A stretch of DNA of 55,266 nt from Conexivisphaerales archaeon. Lineage in GTDB: Archaea; Thermoproteota; Nitrososphaeria; Conexivisphaerales; DTJL01. The DNA lies in NCBI GenBank assembly GCA_049509455.1, contig JBEKZX010000006.1:1-55266 (forward strand). The letters run 5' to 3'. The translations under genes were made by a program, and so were the position numbers. The notes beneath the pieces are model-generated. The model was not told where the DNA came from. It worked only from the letters and a program-made list of their open reading frames with translations, and searched no databases. Positions 18,138 through 27,282 of this stretch are shown here, piece after piece (positions within the stretch are counted from its first letter, which is position 1; the number at the start of each line of letters is the position of its first letter).

Positions 18138-19958
18138 TCAGCGCTTCTCCTTCTCGGCGGCGGGAGCAGCCTTCCTAGCCACGTAGTAGTACTGGCCCTT
18201 GTCTTTTTGCTCCCGGTCCAGCCGGCTGTCGGGCTTGTTCACACGTGGCCGGCCGGTGCTGGCGTCCCTTCTGTAGGTGATGGAGACGTCGCTGAGGAAG
18301 AGGTTCATCCCCTTCTCCTTCGCCATCGGTGGGCTGGCGTGGCCGCTGACTCCCGGGCTGCCCGTGAATATGATGAGGGAATCGGCGACTATGTCCACCA
18401 GCATGATATCGTGATCAATGATGATCGCCGACTTGTCCAGGGATTTCACGTACCGCTGGATGGCCTTGGCCATGGCGATCCTGTCCTCGATGTCCGTGAA
18501 GGCCGAAGGCTCGTCAAGGGCGTATATGTCGGCCTCCTTAAGCAGCGCTACGGCGACGGCCGTCTTCTGCAGCTCTCCCCCGCTGAGGCTATAGACGCTC
18601 TTGTCTAGGAGCTTGTCCACCCTGAGGGGTTTGAGCAGCTGCGCCAAGTTCTGACCGCTGCTCCACCTGTCGCCGCTGGTGGCGTTGAGGAGGTCCTGGA
18701 CCGTGCCTTCGAAGTCGCTGCTGAGGTACTGCGGCTTGTAGGCGATCTTCGCCTTCGTGAGGGCCTTCCCTTCATCGGGCTCAAGCTGGGACGCCAAGAT
18801 CTTGAGGAAGGTCGTCTTGCCGAGGGCGTTCGCGCCGAGGACCCCCACCACTTCGCCCGCCTTTATAACCCCGCCCTCAGCCTGCAGGGTGTATGGAGGG
18901 TACGACTTCTTGAGGTCGGTGTATTCTAACAGAGGGGCCTTGGTGATGTCGCTCGAGGGCGGAGAGAAGATGTCGAACGTGACGGGATTGTCCCTGAAGC
19001 GCATGTTCTCGCCCGGTATCATACCGTCGAGGAGGGAGTTGATCCCCTCTGAGGTGGTCATGGGGCCGGAAACTATCCCGTAGACGCCGGGGTCGCCGTA
19101 GATTATGTGCACGAAATCGCACGCGTAGTCAAGGAACGTCAGGTCGTGCTCTACTAGGAGGACGTTCTTCCCCGTCCTGGCCAGCCCGCGGACGACCTTC
19201 GAGACCTGGAGCCTCTGGTAGACGTCGTTGAACGAGCTGGGCTCATCGAAGAAGTAGATGTCAGCGTCCCTCTCGGCCGCCACCACGACGGCCAGCCTCT
19301 GCAGCTCGCCGCCGCTGAGCTCCTCCGGCAGCTTGTCCAGGTCCTCCCCCAGGCTAAGCTGCCTCAATAGCTCCCGGCCACTCCCGGTCTCGTCATACCG
19401 GTCGACGAGTTTGCCGATGGGCTCCTTCCAGGCCTTGGGGATCAGGTATATAGCCTGCGGCTTGACGGAGGCTTTGATGAGGCCCTGGCTCAGCTTCTCG
19501 AAGTGAGGCCGCAGCTCGGTCCCCTGGTAGACGCCCAGGATATCGTCCCAGCTGGGCGGAGCCTCCAGCCTGCCGAGGTTAGGCATCAGGCTCCCCGACA
19601 GGATGTTTATGGAGGTAGTCTTGCCGACGCCGTTCTTTCCCACGAGGCCCGTGACGCTCCCGGCCTTCGGGATGGGGAGGCGGTAGAGCCTGAACGAGTT
19701 GGGGCCGTACTGATGGATCTTGTCCTCCCCGATCTCCGTGGCTATGTTGACGATGTCGATAGCTTCGAAGGGGCACTTTCTCGTGCAGATGCCGCAGCCG
19801 ATGCAGAGGATTTCGTCGATGATGGGATAGCCCTCGGGGTCGGTGAACTCTATGACCTTCTCGCCCATCAGCTCCGGAGGGCAGAACTTCTGGCATTCGT
19901 GGCCGCACTTCTTGAAGTTGCAGGCATCTCGTTCTAGTACCGCGATTCTATGCTGCAG
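18138..19958 (-). CDS. rli1: ribosome recycling ATPase ABCE1/Rli1 (probable CTG start)
   Basis: Two ABC domains (GKNGVGKT, LSGGELQ, DEPS; GANALGKT) and RVNKPDSRLD. The Fe-S domain RIAVLERDACNFKKCGHECQKFCP lies upstream of ATG 19868 and is reachable only from CTG 19958. Confidence 0.95.
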   Translation of the reverse strand: MQHRIAVLERDACNFKKCGHECQKFCPPELMGEKVIEFTDPEGYPIIDEILCIGCGICTRKCPFEAIDIVNIATEIGEDKIHQYGPNSFRLYRLPIPKAGSVTGLVGKNGVGKTTSINILSGSLMPNLGRLEAPPSWDDILGVYQGTELRPHFEKLSQGLIKASVKPQAIYLIPKAWKEPIGKLVDRYDETGSGRELLRQLSLGEDLDKLPEELSGGELQRLAVVVAAERDADIYFFDEPSSFNDVYQRLQVSKVVRGLARTGKNVLLVEHDLTFLDYACDFVHIIYGDPGVYGIVSGPMTTSEGINSLLDGMIPGENMRFRDNPVTFDIFSPPSSDITKAPLLEYTDLKKSYPPYTLQAEGGVIKAGEVVGVLGANALGKTTFLKILASQLEPDEGKALTKAKIAYKPQYLSSDFEGTVQDLLNATSGDRWSSGQNLAQLLKPLRVDKLLDKSVYSLSGGELQKTAVAVALLKEADIYALDEPSAFTDIEDRIAMAKAIQRYVKSLDKSAIIIDHDIMLVDIVADSLIIFTGSPGVSGHASPPMAKEKGMNLFLSDVSITYRRDASTGRPRVNKPDSRLDREQKDKGQYYYVARKAAPAAEKEKR

Positions 19959-20168
19959 CGAAAATCACCCAGTCTGGCAAACGTCACAAGACGGACTCGA
20001 AGGGGGTCGTAGCAGCTGCTGGCAAGGCCTTTCGACGGGCTCCGAGAGGTGACGGACGATATAAGGGTTTTTCGGCCGGGCTACACTTGTGCCGAGGGCG
20101 AGCCAGGTTAAGGCGAGGACCGTCCCGGGCAAACACTTATCTCGCGAGCAAATCACACATATGCCGGA

Positions 20169-20603
20169 TTGGCCAAGAAGAAGAGGGCCTTCCGAGGGAC
20201 CTCCTTGACGGACCGCCAATGGGAGGTCGTACGGATGAGGGCCCAAGGTCTCACTCAGGCCGAGGTCGCCGAGAAGCTCAAGACGACGAGAGAGAACATC
20301 TCGATCATCGAGCACAGGGCGCACCAGAAGATATCCGCCGCCAAGGCGACCCTGGCTGGGCTGCAGGAGCTGGCGCTGTCCCATGAGGTGCTTATCCCCG
20401 CCGGCTGTGGCGTCTTCGAGGCTATCTCGCAGATAGTGCTGCACGCCGACATCCTAGGGATCAAGCTTGTTCAGTCGACCGACGGCCTCCTAGCCCTCCT
20501 CAGGTCCAGGTGTCGTGCGAAGATCAGGGGGCACCATCTGGTGGCGGTGGTGAAGGCGGAGATAGGCGATGACGGGACGGTCACCTTCAAGATGACCGTT
20601 TAG
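20169..20603 (+). CDS. tfx: Tfx family DNA-binding protein
   Basis: LTDRQWEVVRMRAQGLTQAEVAEKLKTTRENISIIEHRA HTH plus Tfx-type C-terminus (IPAG...ADILGIKL). Confidence 0.85.
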   Translation: MAKKKRAFRGTSLTDRQWEVVRMRAQGLTQAEVAEKLKTTRENISIIEHRAHQKISAAKATLAGLQELALSHEVLIPAGCGVFEAISQIVLHADILGIKLVQSTDGLLALLRSRCRAKIRGHHLVAVVKAEIGDDGTVTFKMTV

Positions 20604-20705
20604 GCGAACCCGCTTCCAGCAATTGGTTGGTGGCTCCGGGCCGGAGGCCGTGTCTAATCAGGCCTTGTGTAAGATCTAACTACCTTGTCGCCTTCACCGT
20701 TCACG

Positions 20706-20860
20706 ATGAAGCTCAGTGCCAGGAATCACGCCGTGGGAACCGTCGTTTCGGTCTAAGAAGGAGCGATAGCGGCGCTCGTGAGGGTGGAGGTCAAGGAGCC
20801 GTTCACTATCACCGCTATGATAACGAAGGACGCGACGGAGGACCCCCTCAAACCAACTCA
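20706..20860 (+). pseudogene. TOBE/Mop molybdate-binding protein remnant
   Basis: MKLSARNHAVGTVVSV*EGAIAALVRVEV...ITAMITKDATED matches the Mop pattern MKLSARNxLxGxV; in-frame TAA at 20754-20756; degenerate 3' end. Confidence 0.8.
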
Positions 20861-20891
20861 TGACGACGCTGCCCCGGGATCGGAGGGAGAC

Positions 20892-23261
20892 CTACTTGGC
20901 CGCACCAGAGGACTGGTCCGAAGCCTTCTGCAAGCCCCTCTTCAGGCCCATCAGCACCTTCTCCGATGTGACGGGCAGGTCGTTGACGGCCACCCCCGTG
21001 GCGTCCAGCACGGCGTTCCGCACGGCCGGTGCCGGCAGGACTATGGGAGGCTCGGCCACGATCTTTGCGCCAAAAGGCCCCAGCGGCCCTGGCACCTCAA
21101 CTATGAAGGCCTTAAAGTTCTTGGGCACGTCCATGCTCGTGGGGATGTAGTAGTCGGCGAGGTTGGGGTTGACCACCTTGCCCTCCCTGTGGATTAACTC
21201 CTCCATCATCGCGTAGCCCAGACCCTGCACCGTGCCGCCGTAGATCTGGCCGAGCACGCCCGTCGGGTTGATGGCCTTCCCGATGTCATAGGCCACGTGG
21301 ACGTCGGTGACCTGGTAGACGCCCGTCGATTCGTCCACCTGGACCTCCACTATCAGCGCTCCCCAGGTGTACTGAAGATATGGAGTGCCCAGACCGGTCT
21401 CCGTGTCCCAGGGCGCCGGCGGGGCCATGAAGAAACTCTCTTCGCTCATCTTCACCCCCCTACGGTGGGCTTCGAAGGCGAGATCAGCCCAGCCCACGGA
21501 GCGTGTCGTGTCGGCGCGGTCGAAGGCCACCCCGTCCTCTATCGAGACGTCGCTCTGGCTGACCTTGAGCAGGTCGGCGACCACCAGCTCGAGACGCTTC
21601 CTCAGCTTCTCAGCTGCTAGGCGAGAGGCGTTCCCCCCTATCACCACGGTCCTGGACGCAACGGTGGGCCCCGTCTCCCTGTGCTTAGCCGTGTTCGGGC
21701 GGGCCAGCCTGAACCACTTCAGCGGAACGCCCATGACGGCAGCTGCAACTTGTATCACCCCGGTTATCGCGCCGGTGCCGTACTCGGTGAGCCCCGTCCC
21801 CACGGTGATGATTCCATCCCTCCCCACCTCCAGGAGGACCGCCGCATAGTCGTTCCCTTCGGGGCCGAGGCTGTTTCCATGCATGAGCAGGGCGATGCCG
21901 AGACCCTTCTTCACCTGGCCGACCTGGTTGGCGAAGATCTTGCGCTTGTTCCAGTAGTCGCTGGAGCCCACCACCTTCTCGACGCATTGTGGAAGGCCGC
22001 AGCTGGAGTCGATCAAGGCGTTGGTGGCGTTGCGCTTCCCCGGGACGAGCATGTTCTTCATCCTGAACTCGAGCGGGTCCATCGACAGCTTCCTGGCAAG
22101 GTCCTCCATCTGGCTCTCCATGGCGAAGATGGCCTGGGGGCCTCCGAAGCCTCTGAGGCTTCCGGCGTACGTGTTGTTCGTATAGACGAGGTAGCTGTCA
22201 GCCTTGACGTTAGGGACCTCGTACGCCCCCGTACAGTGGAAGATTCCCCTCCCTATGACGAAGACGCCCAAGGACGCGTACGCCCCCGTGTCGAGGTAGA
22301 GCTCGACCTCGTCGGCTTGCAGCTTGCCGTCGGCTGAGACCCCCGTCTTGTGCCTGATTACGTAGGGGTGCCTCTTGGTGTGCATCACCATCGACTCTTC
22401 GCGGTCCATCCTGCAGTAGACAGGCTTCTTCAGCTTCAGTGCGGCGATGGCCGCCGCGCCGCAGACGTCGTAGGGCGTCTCGTCGGACTTCGGCCCGAAG
22501 GCGCCGCCAGTGAAGGCCTGGACCACGCGGACTTTCTCGGCCGGCATGTTCAGCATCTTGACCAGCGCGGCCCTAGTGTGGTGAGGGCTCTGCATGGAGC
22601 CGATTACGGTGACGGAGCCGTCGGCGGAGGGCACCGCCATCCCGACCTCGGTCTCCATGGGCGTCGCGTCCTGGAACTGGGTCCTGAATGTGTTCTCGAG
22701 CACGACCGATGAGCTGGAGAAGCCCTTCAAGATGTCACCTTTTCTGATCTTCATCTGTTTCGCGACGTTCCCTTCGTCGTGGACCTTGACTGCGTAGGGC
22801 TGCATGGCCTCCACCGGGTCAAAGACCGTCGGGAGCTCGTCGTAGGTCACCTTCACTGCTTCGACAGCATCTTGGGCTGTCGCGTCCGTCTCGGCGATGA
22901 CTGCCCCGATGAGGTCGGCTGTGGAGCGCACCACCCCAGATGAAAAGAGGGGCCTGTCGGGGATCACCGCGGAGGACTCATTGATCCCGGGAACGTCTCT
23001 CCATGTAATAACATCCACCACCCTCGGCATGCCCTTCGCCCGCGACAGATCTAGGTCACGGATGGTGCCGTGGGCCACGGACGAGTGGAAGAGCTTGGCG
23101 TGAAGAGTCCCCCGGGCAAGCATGTCCCCCGTGTAAACGGGCCGGCCGAGGACCTTTTCGAGGCCGTCGATGCGCTCTATGGACTCACCCACGTAGAGAA
23201 GCTTCCCTTCCTCGCCCTTCTGCTTCACCCCCTTCAGGAAATGGGAGACTTCGGGGGTCAT
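20892..23261 (-). CDS. xanthine dehydrogenase family molybdopterin-binding (large) subunit
   Basis: RIDGLEKVLG, GGAFGPK, GAYAS, LRGFGGPQ, SRTVVIGG, GQIYGGTVQGLG, KIVAEPP (catalytic Glu). Confidence 0.93.
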   Translation of the reverse strand: MTPEVSHFLKGVKQKGEEGKLLYVGESIERIDGLEKVLGRPVYTGDMLARGTLHAKLFHSSVAHGTIRDLDLSRAKGMPRVVDVITWRDVPGINESSAVIPDRPLFSSGVVRSTADLIGAVIAETDATAQDAVEAVKVTYDELPTVFDPVEAMQPYAVKVHDEGNVAKQMKIRKGDILKGFSSSSVVLENTFRTQFQDATPMETEVGMAVPSADGSVTVIGSMQSPHHTRAALVKMLNMPAEKVRVVQAFTGGAFGPKSDETPYDVCGAAAIAALKLKKPVYCRMDREESMVMHTKRHPYVIRHKTGVSADGKLQADEVELYLDTGAYASLGVFVIGRGIFHCTGAYEVPNVKADSYLVYTNNTYAGSLRGFGGPQAIFAMESQMEDLARKLSMDPLEFRMKNMLVPGKRNATNALIDSSCGLPQCVEKVVGSSDYWNKRKIFANQVGQVKKGLGIALLMHGNSLGPEGNDYAAVLLEVGRDGIITVGTGLTEYGTGAITGVIQVAAAVMGVPLKWFRLARPNTAKHRETGPTVASRTVVIGGNASRLAAEKLRKRLELVVADLLKVSQSDVSIEDGVAFDRADTTRSVGWADLAFEAHRRGVKMSEESFFMAPPAPWDTETGLGTPYLQYTWGALIVEVQVDESTGVYQVTDVHVAYDIGKAINPTGVLGQIYGGTVQGLGYAMMEELIHREGKVVNPNLADYYIPTSMDVPKNFKAFIVEVPGPLGPFGAKIVAEPPIVLPAPAVRNAVLDATGVAVNDLPVTSEKVLMGLKRGLQKASDQSSGAAK

Positions 23262-23737
23262 GGCTTCCTCTCCTCCGCGGCTTCAAGAATGGCATGGAAG
23301 ATCGGATAGTAACCGGTGCATCGGCAGAGGATGCCGCTGATGCCCAGCCTGACCTCGTCCTCCGAGGGCTTGGCGTTCTTCGAAACGATGTCCTTGGCAG
23401 CGACTAGCATGGCCGGGGTGCAGAAGCCGCACTGGGCGGCGTTGTATTTGAGGAATTTCTGCTGGAGGACCTTCATCAGCGGGTCCTCCACCAGTCCTTC
23501 GAGCGTGGTTACGACGGAGCCCCTGCACTGGGCGGCGAGCACGAGACAAGAATTGACCAGCTTGCCGTCGAGGAGGACGGCGCACAGGCCGCAGTCACCG
23601 CTGCGGCAACCATCCTTGACGCTCTTGAGGTCCAGCCGGTCGCGGAGGATGTCCATAAGAGAGTCGGTCGAGTCAACGTGCAAGGAGCGCTCCGCACCAT
23701 TCACCGTCATGGTTACGAAATGCTTGGACAAGGCCAT
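23258..23737 (-). CDS. xanthine dehydrogenase family 2Fe-2S (small) subunit
   Basis: KDGCRSGDCGLCAV..C and QCGFCTP...CRCTGY. Confidence 0.95.
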   Translation of the reverse strand: MALSKHFVTMTVNGAERSLHVDSTDSLMDILRDRLDLKSVKDGCRSGDCGLCAVLLDGKLVNSCLVLAAQCRGSVVTTLEGLVEDPLMKVLQQKFLKYNAAQCGFCTPAMLVAAKDIVSKNAKPSEDEVRLGISGILCRCTGYYPIFHAILEAAEERKP

Positions 23738-24615
23738 CAGGTTCCCCTTATGCGGAAGGCGGAGAGCTCCAGAAGGCGCTTCAGGTAGACCTTGGCTATC
23801 TCAGAGCGATACTCACCAGACGCCCTGAAGTCGTTCTTCAGGTCGAGCTCGGAGGAAAGGACGGCCTGGGCGGCCGCTATGGTGTCGGCGCCGAGCCTCC
23901 TGCCGGCGAGGTATTCCTCCACCGCGGAGGCCCTCTGCGGAACCCTTCCGGCCACCCTATTGAGAGCGACGCGGGCGGCGCGCACAGTCTCCCTATCAGC
24001 CTCCATGGTCAGGACCACGGCCTCGTTGACCAGAGCGATGATGAGGATATTGCGCCGGCCCAGCTTTTCGTAGGCCGAACCGCTATTGGCCGGCAGGGGG
24101 CCTAGCTCGACCCCGGAGAGGATCTCGCCGCTCTTCTTGGAGATGGTCCGCTTGCCCTTGATAAAGTCCTTCAAAGGGAGGGCCCTCTCACCCTTGAGGC
24201 TCAGAAGCTTGACCCTGGCATCGAGCGCCAGGAACACGGGGATCAGGTCTTCGGAGGATGTGGCGGAGCAGATGTTCCCTCCGACGGTGGCCACGTTCCT
24301 TATCTGGGGGTCGCCGAACTTCCTCCCGGCCTCGCGCACGAGCTCCATTTCCCTTCCGATGAGAGGGGACTCCATCAGGTCGCTCACCGTGCTCAGCGCC
24401 CCGACGTGGAGAGAGCCGTCCTGGCTGCGGATGTATCGCAGGTCGCCTCCCAGCCCCGAGATGTCGAGGAGGCTGGCGGCCGAAGCGCGGCGCCTTCGCA
24501 GCCTCGGGAGGAGGTCCGTGCCTCGTGCGATGATGGAGGTTGCTTCCCCAAGGTCGTCCAAGTAGCTCAACGCGTCACGGAGGTCGGTCGGCACGTAGAT
24601 GTCGTAGCCTGGCAT
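23737..24615 (-). CDS. xanthine dehydrogenase family FAD-binding (medium) subunit
   Basis: IARGTDLL, QIRNVATVGGNIC, DFRASGEYR. Confidence 0.92.
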   Translation of the reverse strand: MPGYDIYVPTDLRDALSYLDDLGEATSIIARGTDLLPRLRRRRASAASLLDISGLGGDLRYIRSQDGSLHVGALSTVSDLMESPLIGREMELVREAGRKFGDPQIRNVATVGGNICSATSSEDLIPVFLALDARVKLLSLKGERALPLKDFIKGKRTISKKSGEILSGVELGPLPANSGSAYEKLGRRNILIIALVNEAVVLTMEADRETVRAARVALNRVAGRVPQRASAVEEYLAGRRLGADTIAAAQAVLSSELDLKNDFRASGEYRSEIAKVYLKRLLELSAFRIRGT

Positions 24616-24620
24616 CGCGC

Positions 24621-24899
24621 TCAGCCTCCACCTACAGGCGGTACGAACAGCACGACATCACCGTCCTTCAGTCTGAAGTTCGAGGCGTCCTCCAGCAGGC
24701 TCGACTTGCCGTTGTGGTAAACGAGCGAGTAGGGACGGGGCTTTCCGTGGGAGTCGAAGAGAGGCTGTCGGAAGTTCTCGCCCATCTTCCGATTCAAGGA
24801 GTCCAAAAGGCCATGCAGGTCTCCGGCCTCCAGCTCCAGCTCGCTCTTGTTGGAGCTGGGGATCAAGTCAAAGAACAGCCTGACCTTGACCTTAGCCAA
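24621..24899 (-). CDS. moaD: MoaD/ThiS ubiquitin-like sulfur carrier (SAMP-like)
   Basis: VKVRLFFDL...LKDGDVVLFVPPVGGG with C-terminal GG; TTG 24899; first gene of the Mo-enzyme operon. Confidence 0.85.
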   Translation of the reverse strand: MAKVKVRLFFDLIPSSNKSELELEAGDLHGLLDSLNRKMGENFRQPLFDSHGKPRPYSLVYHNGKSSLLEDASNFRLKDGDVVLFVPPVGGG

Positions 24900-25337
24900 A
24901 TTCGTTTTCGTGTCAAAAATCCCCTTTCCCGTTAAAAACCTTTGCGAGGTTGCGCCGCTGAGTCTCTGACGATGGCGGAAGAGAGAGCGAGCCTCTGCGA
25001 AACACGGGCGGGGCACGACCAGTTGGGAGCTTCATCCTCGGCACAAATTTTATACGATGACATGGTGGGGCACTACACGACGAACGCTCGAACCGGGGCC
25101 CGTCTTCTAGCCTGGATCAGGATGGCAGCCCGCGAAGCTGTTGATCGAGGGTCCAAATCCCTCCGGGCCCGCATTCATGCAAGTCAAAGCCCTGAAGCCC
25201 TGCTCGACCGATCGAGTATCCACGGAAGCCTCCGGCAGGATGCCACCGCCATGCGGGAGGTGAAGACGAATGGCAGCCTATGAAAGAGCTCAGAGCCGAA
25301 CAGGCTGCCCACTTCCTTGATGCGATGAGACGAAGGC

Positions 25338-25817
25338 CTAGAGTGGCTCGCCCGGTTCACTGGCAAGGTCGAAGCTCAGAAGCCGAGTCCCTCCAAGGTC
25401 AAATCGGAACGACCCGCTGAACGAGGCACCACCGAGGAGTAGGGGAAGCCAGTGGCGGTCGTCCTCCCACATCTGGCTATAGGGAATGTCTTCGGCCGCG
25501 AACCACCGGAGGCTCCCTTCGTCGCTGGACCTGAGCTCTCCCGTGAATTCCCGGGCGGAGAACACATGCACCACCCAGTCCTTGCTCCAATCATCGCCGA
25601 ACTGGAACCTCAGCTTCCCGCGAAGCCTCGGGTCCTCAATCTCGAGGCCCGACTCTTCGCCCACCTCCCTCCTTACGCATTCGAGGGGGCTCTCGCCCGG
25701 AAGCAGCTTCCCCCCGAGGCCGTTCCACTTCCCCCCGCCAAACCTCCCCTTGGACTTCAGTAGCAATAGCACCTGACCATCCCGGATGATCAGACACAAG
25801 GTCGCCTCGGTGGCCAT
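25338..25817 (-). CDS. NUDIX hydrolase, MTH1/8-oxo-dGTPase-like
   Basis: KWNGLGGK, Nudix box GESPLECVRREVGEESGL, MWEDDRHWLP; ATG 25817. Confidence 0.9.
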   Translation of the reverse strand: MATEATLCLIIRDGQVLLLLKSKGRFGGGKWNGLGGKLLPGESPLECVRREVGEESGLEIEDPRLRGKLRFQFGDDWSKDWVVHVFSAREFTGELRSSDEGSLRWFAAEDIPYSQMWEDDRHWLPLLLGGASFSGSFRFDLGGTRLLSFDLASEPGEPL

Positions 25818-25889
25818 TTTCCAGCTCGCCTCGCTCCGCCCTGGGCTGCATTTATAGCTGTGGGATGTAATAAATGGTCTGAAGGACAT

Positions 25890-26336
25890 TTGGACGACAG
25901 GAAGGAGAGGGTGCGGCGCAACGTGGAACGCCTGCGCAGGGCGGAGTTGGAAGGAAGTTACAACTCCATCGCCCAGGAGCTGACGAGGAAGCGGCTGGAC
26001 TGGTACGAGCGCAACAAGGTTAGCCTAGGATTGGAGGGTTCGGACGTCAGGAAGGCGTACACGCTGCTCCTTATTCGCTATCTTGGCCTGGACCCTAAGG
26101 AAGTGCCCGTCGTCTATGAGGACGAAGAAAGGATCGTATGGAGGTCCCACAACTTCTGCCCTCTACTGGAGGCCTGCAAGGAGAAGGGAAGGGACACGAG
26201 GGTGGTCTGCAGCAAGCTAGAGGCGCCGGCCCAGGCGCTGGTGTCCAAAGTCAGCCCGACCCTCAGGTTCTCACGCAAGTATGCCACCTTGAGGCCGTAC
26301 GGAGCCTTCTGCGAAGAAATGATCGAGCGGCGCTAG
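25890..26336 (+). CDS. hypothetical Cys-containing protein (V4R/ATC-hydrolase-like fold suspected)
   Basis: NFCPLLEAC...VVC...FCEE; TTG 25890 after GAAGGA; divergent from NUDIX. Confidence 0.6.
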   Translation: MDDRKERVRRNVERLRRAELEGSYNSIAQELTRKRLDWYERNKVSLGLEGSDVRKAYTLLLIRYLGLDPKEVPVVYEDEERIVWRSHNFCPLLEACKEKGRDTRVVCSKLEAPAQALVSKVSPTLRFSRKYATLRPYGAFCEEMIERR

Positions 26337-26426
26337 CAGGGGGGAGCCGGCGACCCTGCACCAAGGGCGTAGGAGAGCATTCGGCCGCGACATGCACAAG
26401 GCGCGTGCGGTGAAGCCCGACGGCCT

Positions 26427-26852
26427 CTAGCGTGGCGCCGCGTTGGCCGCGCTGCGCTTGGCCATTTCGGCCACTATTGTAGCGGGGATCTCGGGCCTCA
26501 ACCGGATAAGAGTTCCGAATGACCACGCCGTGAACGCGGCGCATCGCGTCGGCTCCACGGCGACGACGTCGGCGGTCCTGGGCTGGTTGTCGAGCACAGC
26601 CATTTCGCCGAAGAAGCCGCCCTTCCCGATCTTTGAGATGACCTTACCCTCCTTCCTGACTGCGGCGGCCCCGTCCAGTATCACGTAGAACCCTATTCCC
26701 AGCTCTCCCTCCTTGACGATCGTCTGGCCTGACCTGAAGGACATATCATGGCCCAGCTTGACGGCCGTTTCGAGCTGCTTTTTCTTCAGCGGAGAGAAAA
26801 GTGAAACGGAGCGCAAGGCGTCGGCGAATTCCGGGCGGCCTTCCTCTTTCAT
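26427..26852 (-). CDS. stand-alone cyclic nucleotide-binding (cNMP) domain protein
   Basis: LRSVSLFS, IVKEGE, FYVILDG, GFFGEMAVLDNQPRTADV (intact phosphate-binding cassette); ATG 26852. Confidence 0.9.
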   Translation of the reverse strand: MKEEGRPEFADALRSVSLFSPLKKKQLETAVKLGHDMSFRSGQTIVKEGELGIGFYVILDGAAAVRKEGKVISKIGKGGFFGEMAVLDNQPRTADVVAVEPTRCAAFTAWSFGTLIRLRPEIPATIVAEMAKRSAANAAPR

Positions 26853-27032
26853 CAGTCGAAGTGTCTCGTGTGGAAATTTAAACCCATCGTCGGTTTTACT
26901 TGCGAAATACAGGGCGGCGATTCGAAGCAAGAAAGCGCGACATGCTCCGATCGGGGCCCCTTCACGGCCATGGCTTCTCCCGGCCCCAACCCCACCGTCT
27001 TGTCTCAGTCCGTAAAAGGAGCCGAAGATGTC

Positions 27033-27212
27033 ATGACTCTGACCTACGGGCACAGCTCGCGTGTCATCACCCTCATCGTGGAGGCGCCCGTGCCCGAGTT
27101 CCCGGGCGCCTTCGTCCTTGCGGCGGTCGGCTCCCCCGTTATGGTGGCCATCTTCTATGAGAGGAAATCCAGGAACATGACGCCGCGGCGCCAGCCGAGC
27201 CTCCAGGCCTGA
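27033..27212 (+). pseudogene. C-terminal remnant of a PEF-CTERM surface protein
   Basis: LTYGHSSRVITLIVEAPVPEFPGAFVLAAVGSPVMVAIFYERK: VPEF + hydrophobic helix + basic end; no upstream body or signal peptide. Confidence 0.55.
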
Positions 27213-27282
27213 AGCCGTGCCTCAGAACCTGAGCCAGAATCCGACGTCGACCGCTGCGCTGAGCAGGGGGATGCAGCCGGGA

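Noticed and set aside
17586-18608. 340-aa plus-strand ORF, and similar long ORFs 34882..36036 (-) and 37773..38843 (-)
   Set aside because: These are antisense or alternate-frame shadows of well-supported genes in GC-rich DNA, with no recognisable motifs.
20892-23261. Form I aerobic CO dehydrogenase
   Set aside because: It lacks the VAYxCSFR loop and has GSLRGFG instead.
24942-25337. Possible GNAT-like remnant or short ORFs after GGAGGTGA at about 25254-25262
   Set aside because: The resemblance is weak and the downstream ORFs are very short; I cannot support a call.
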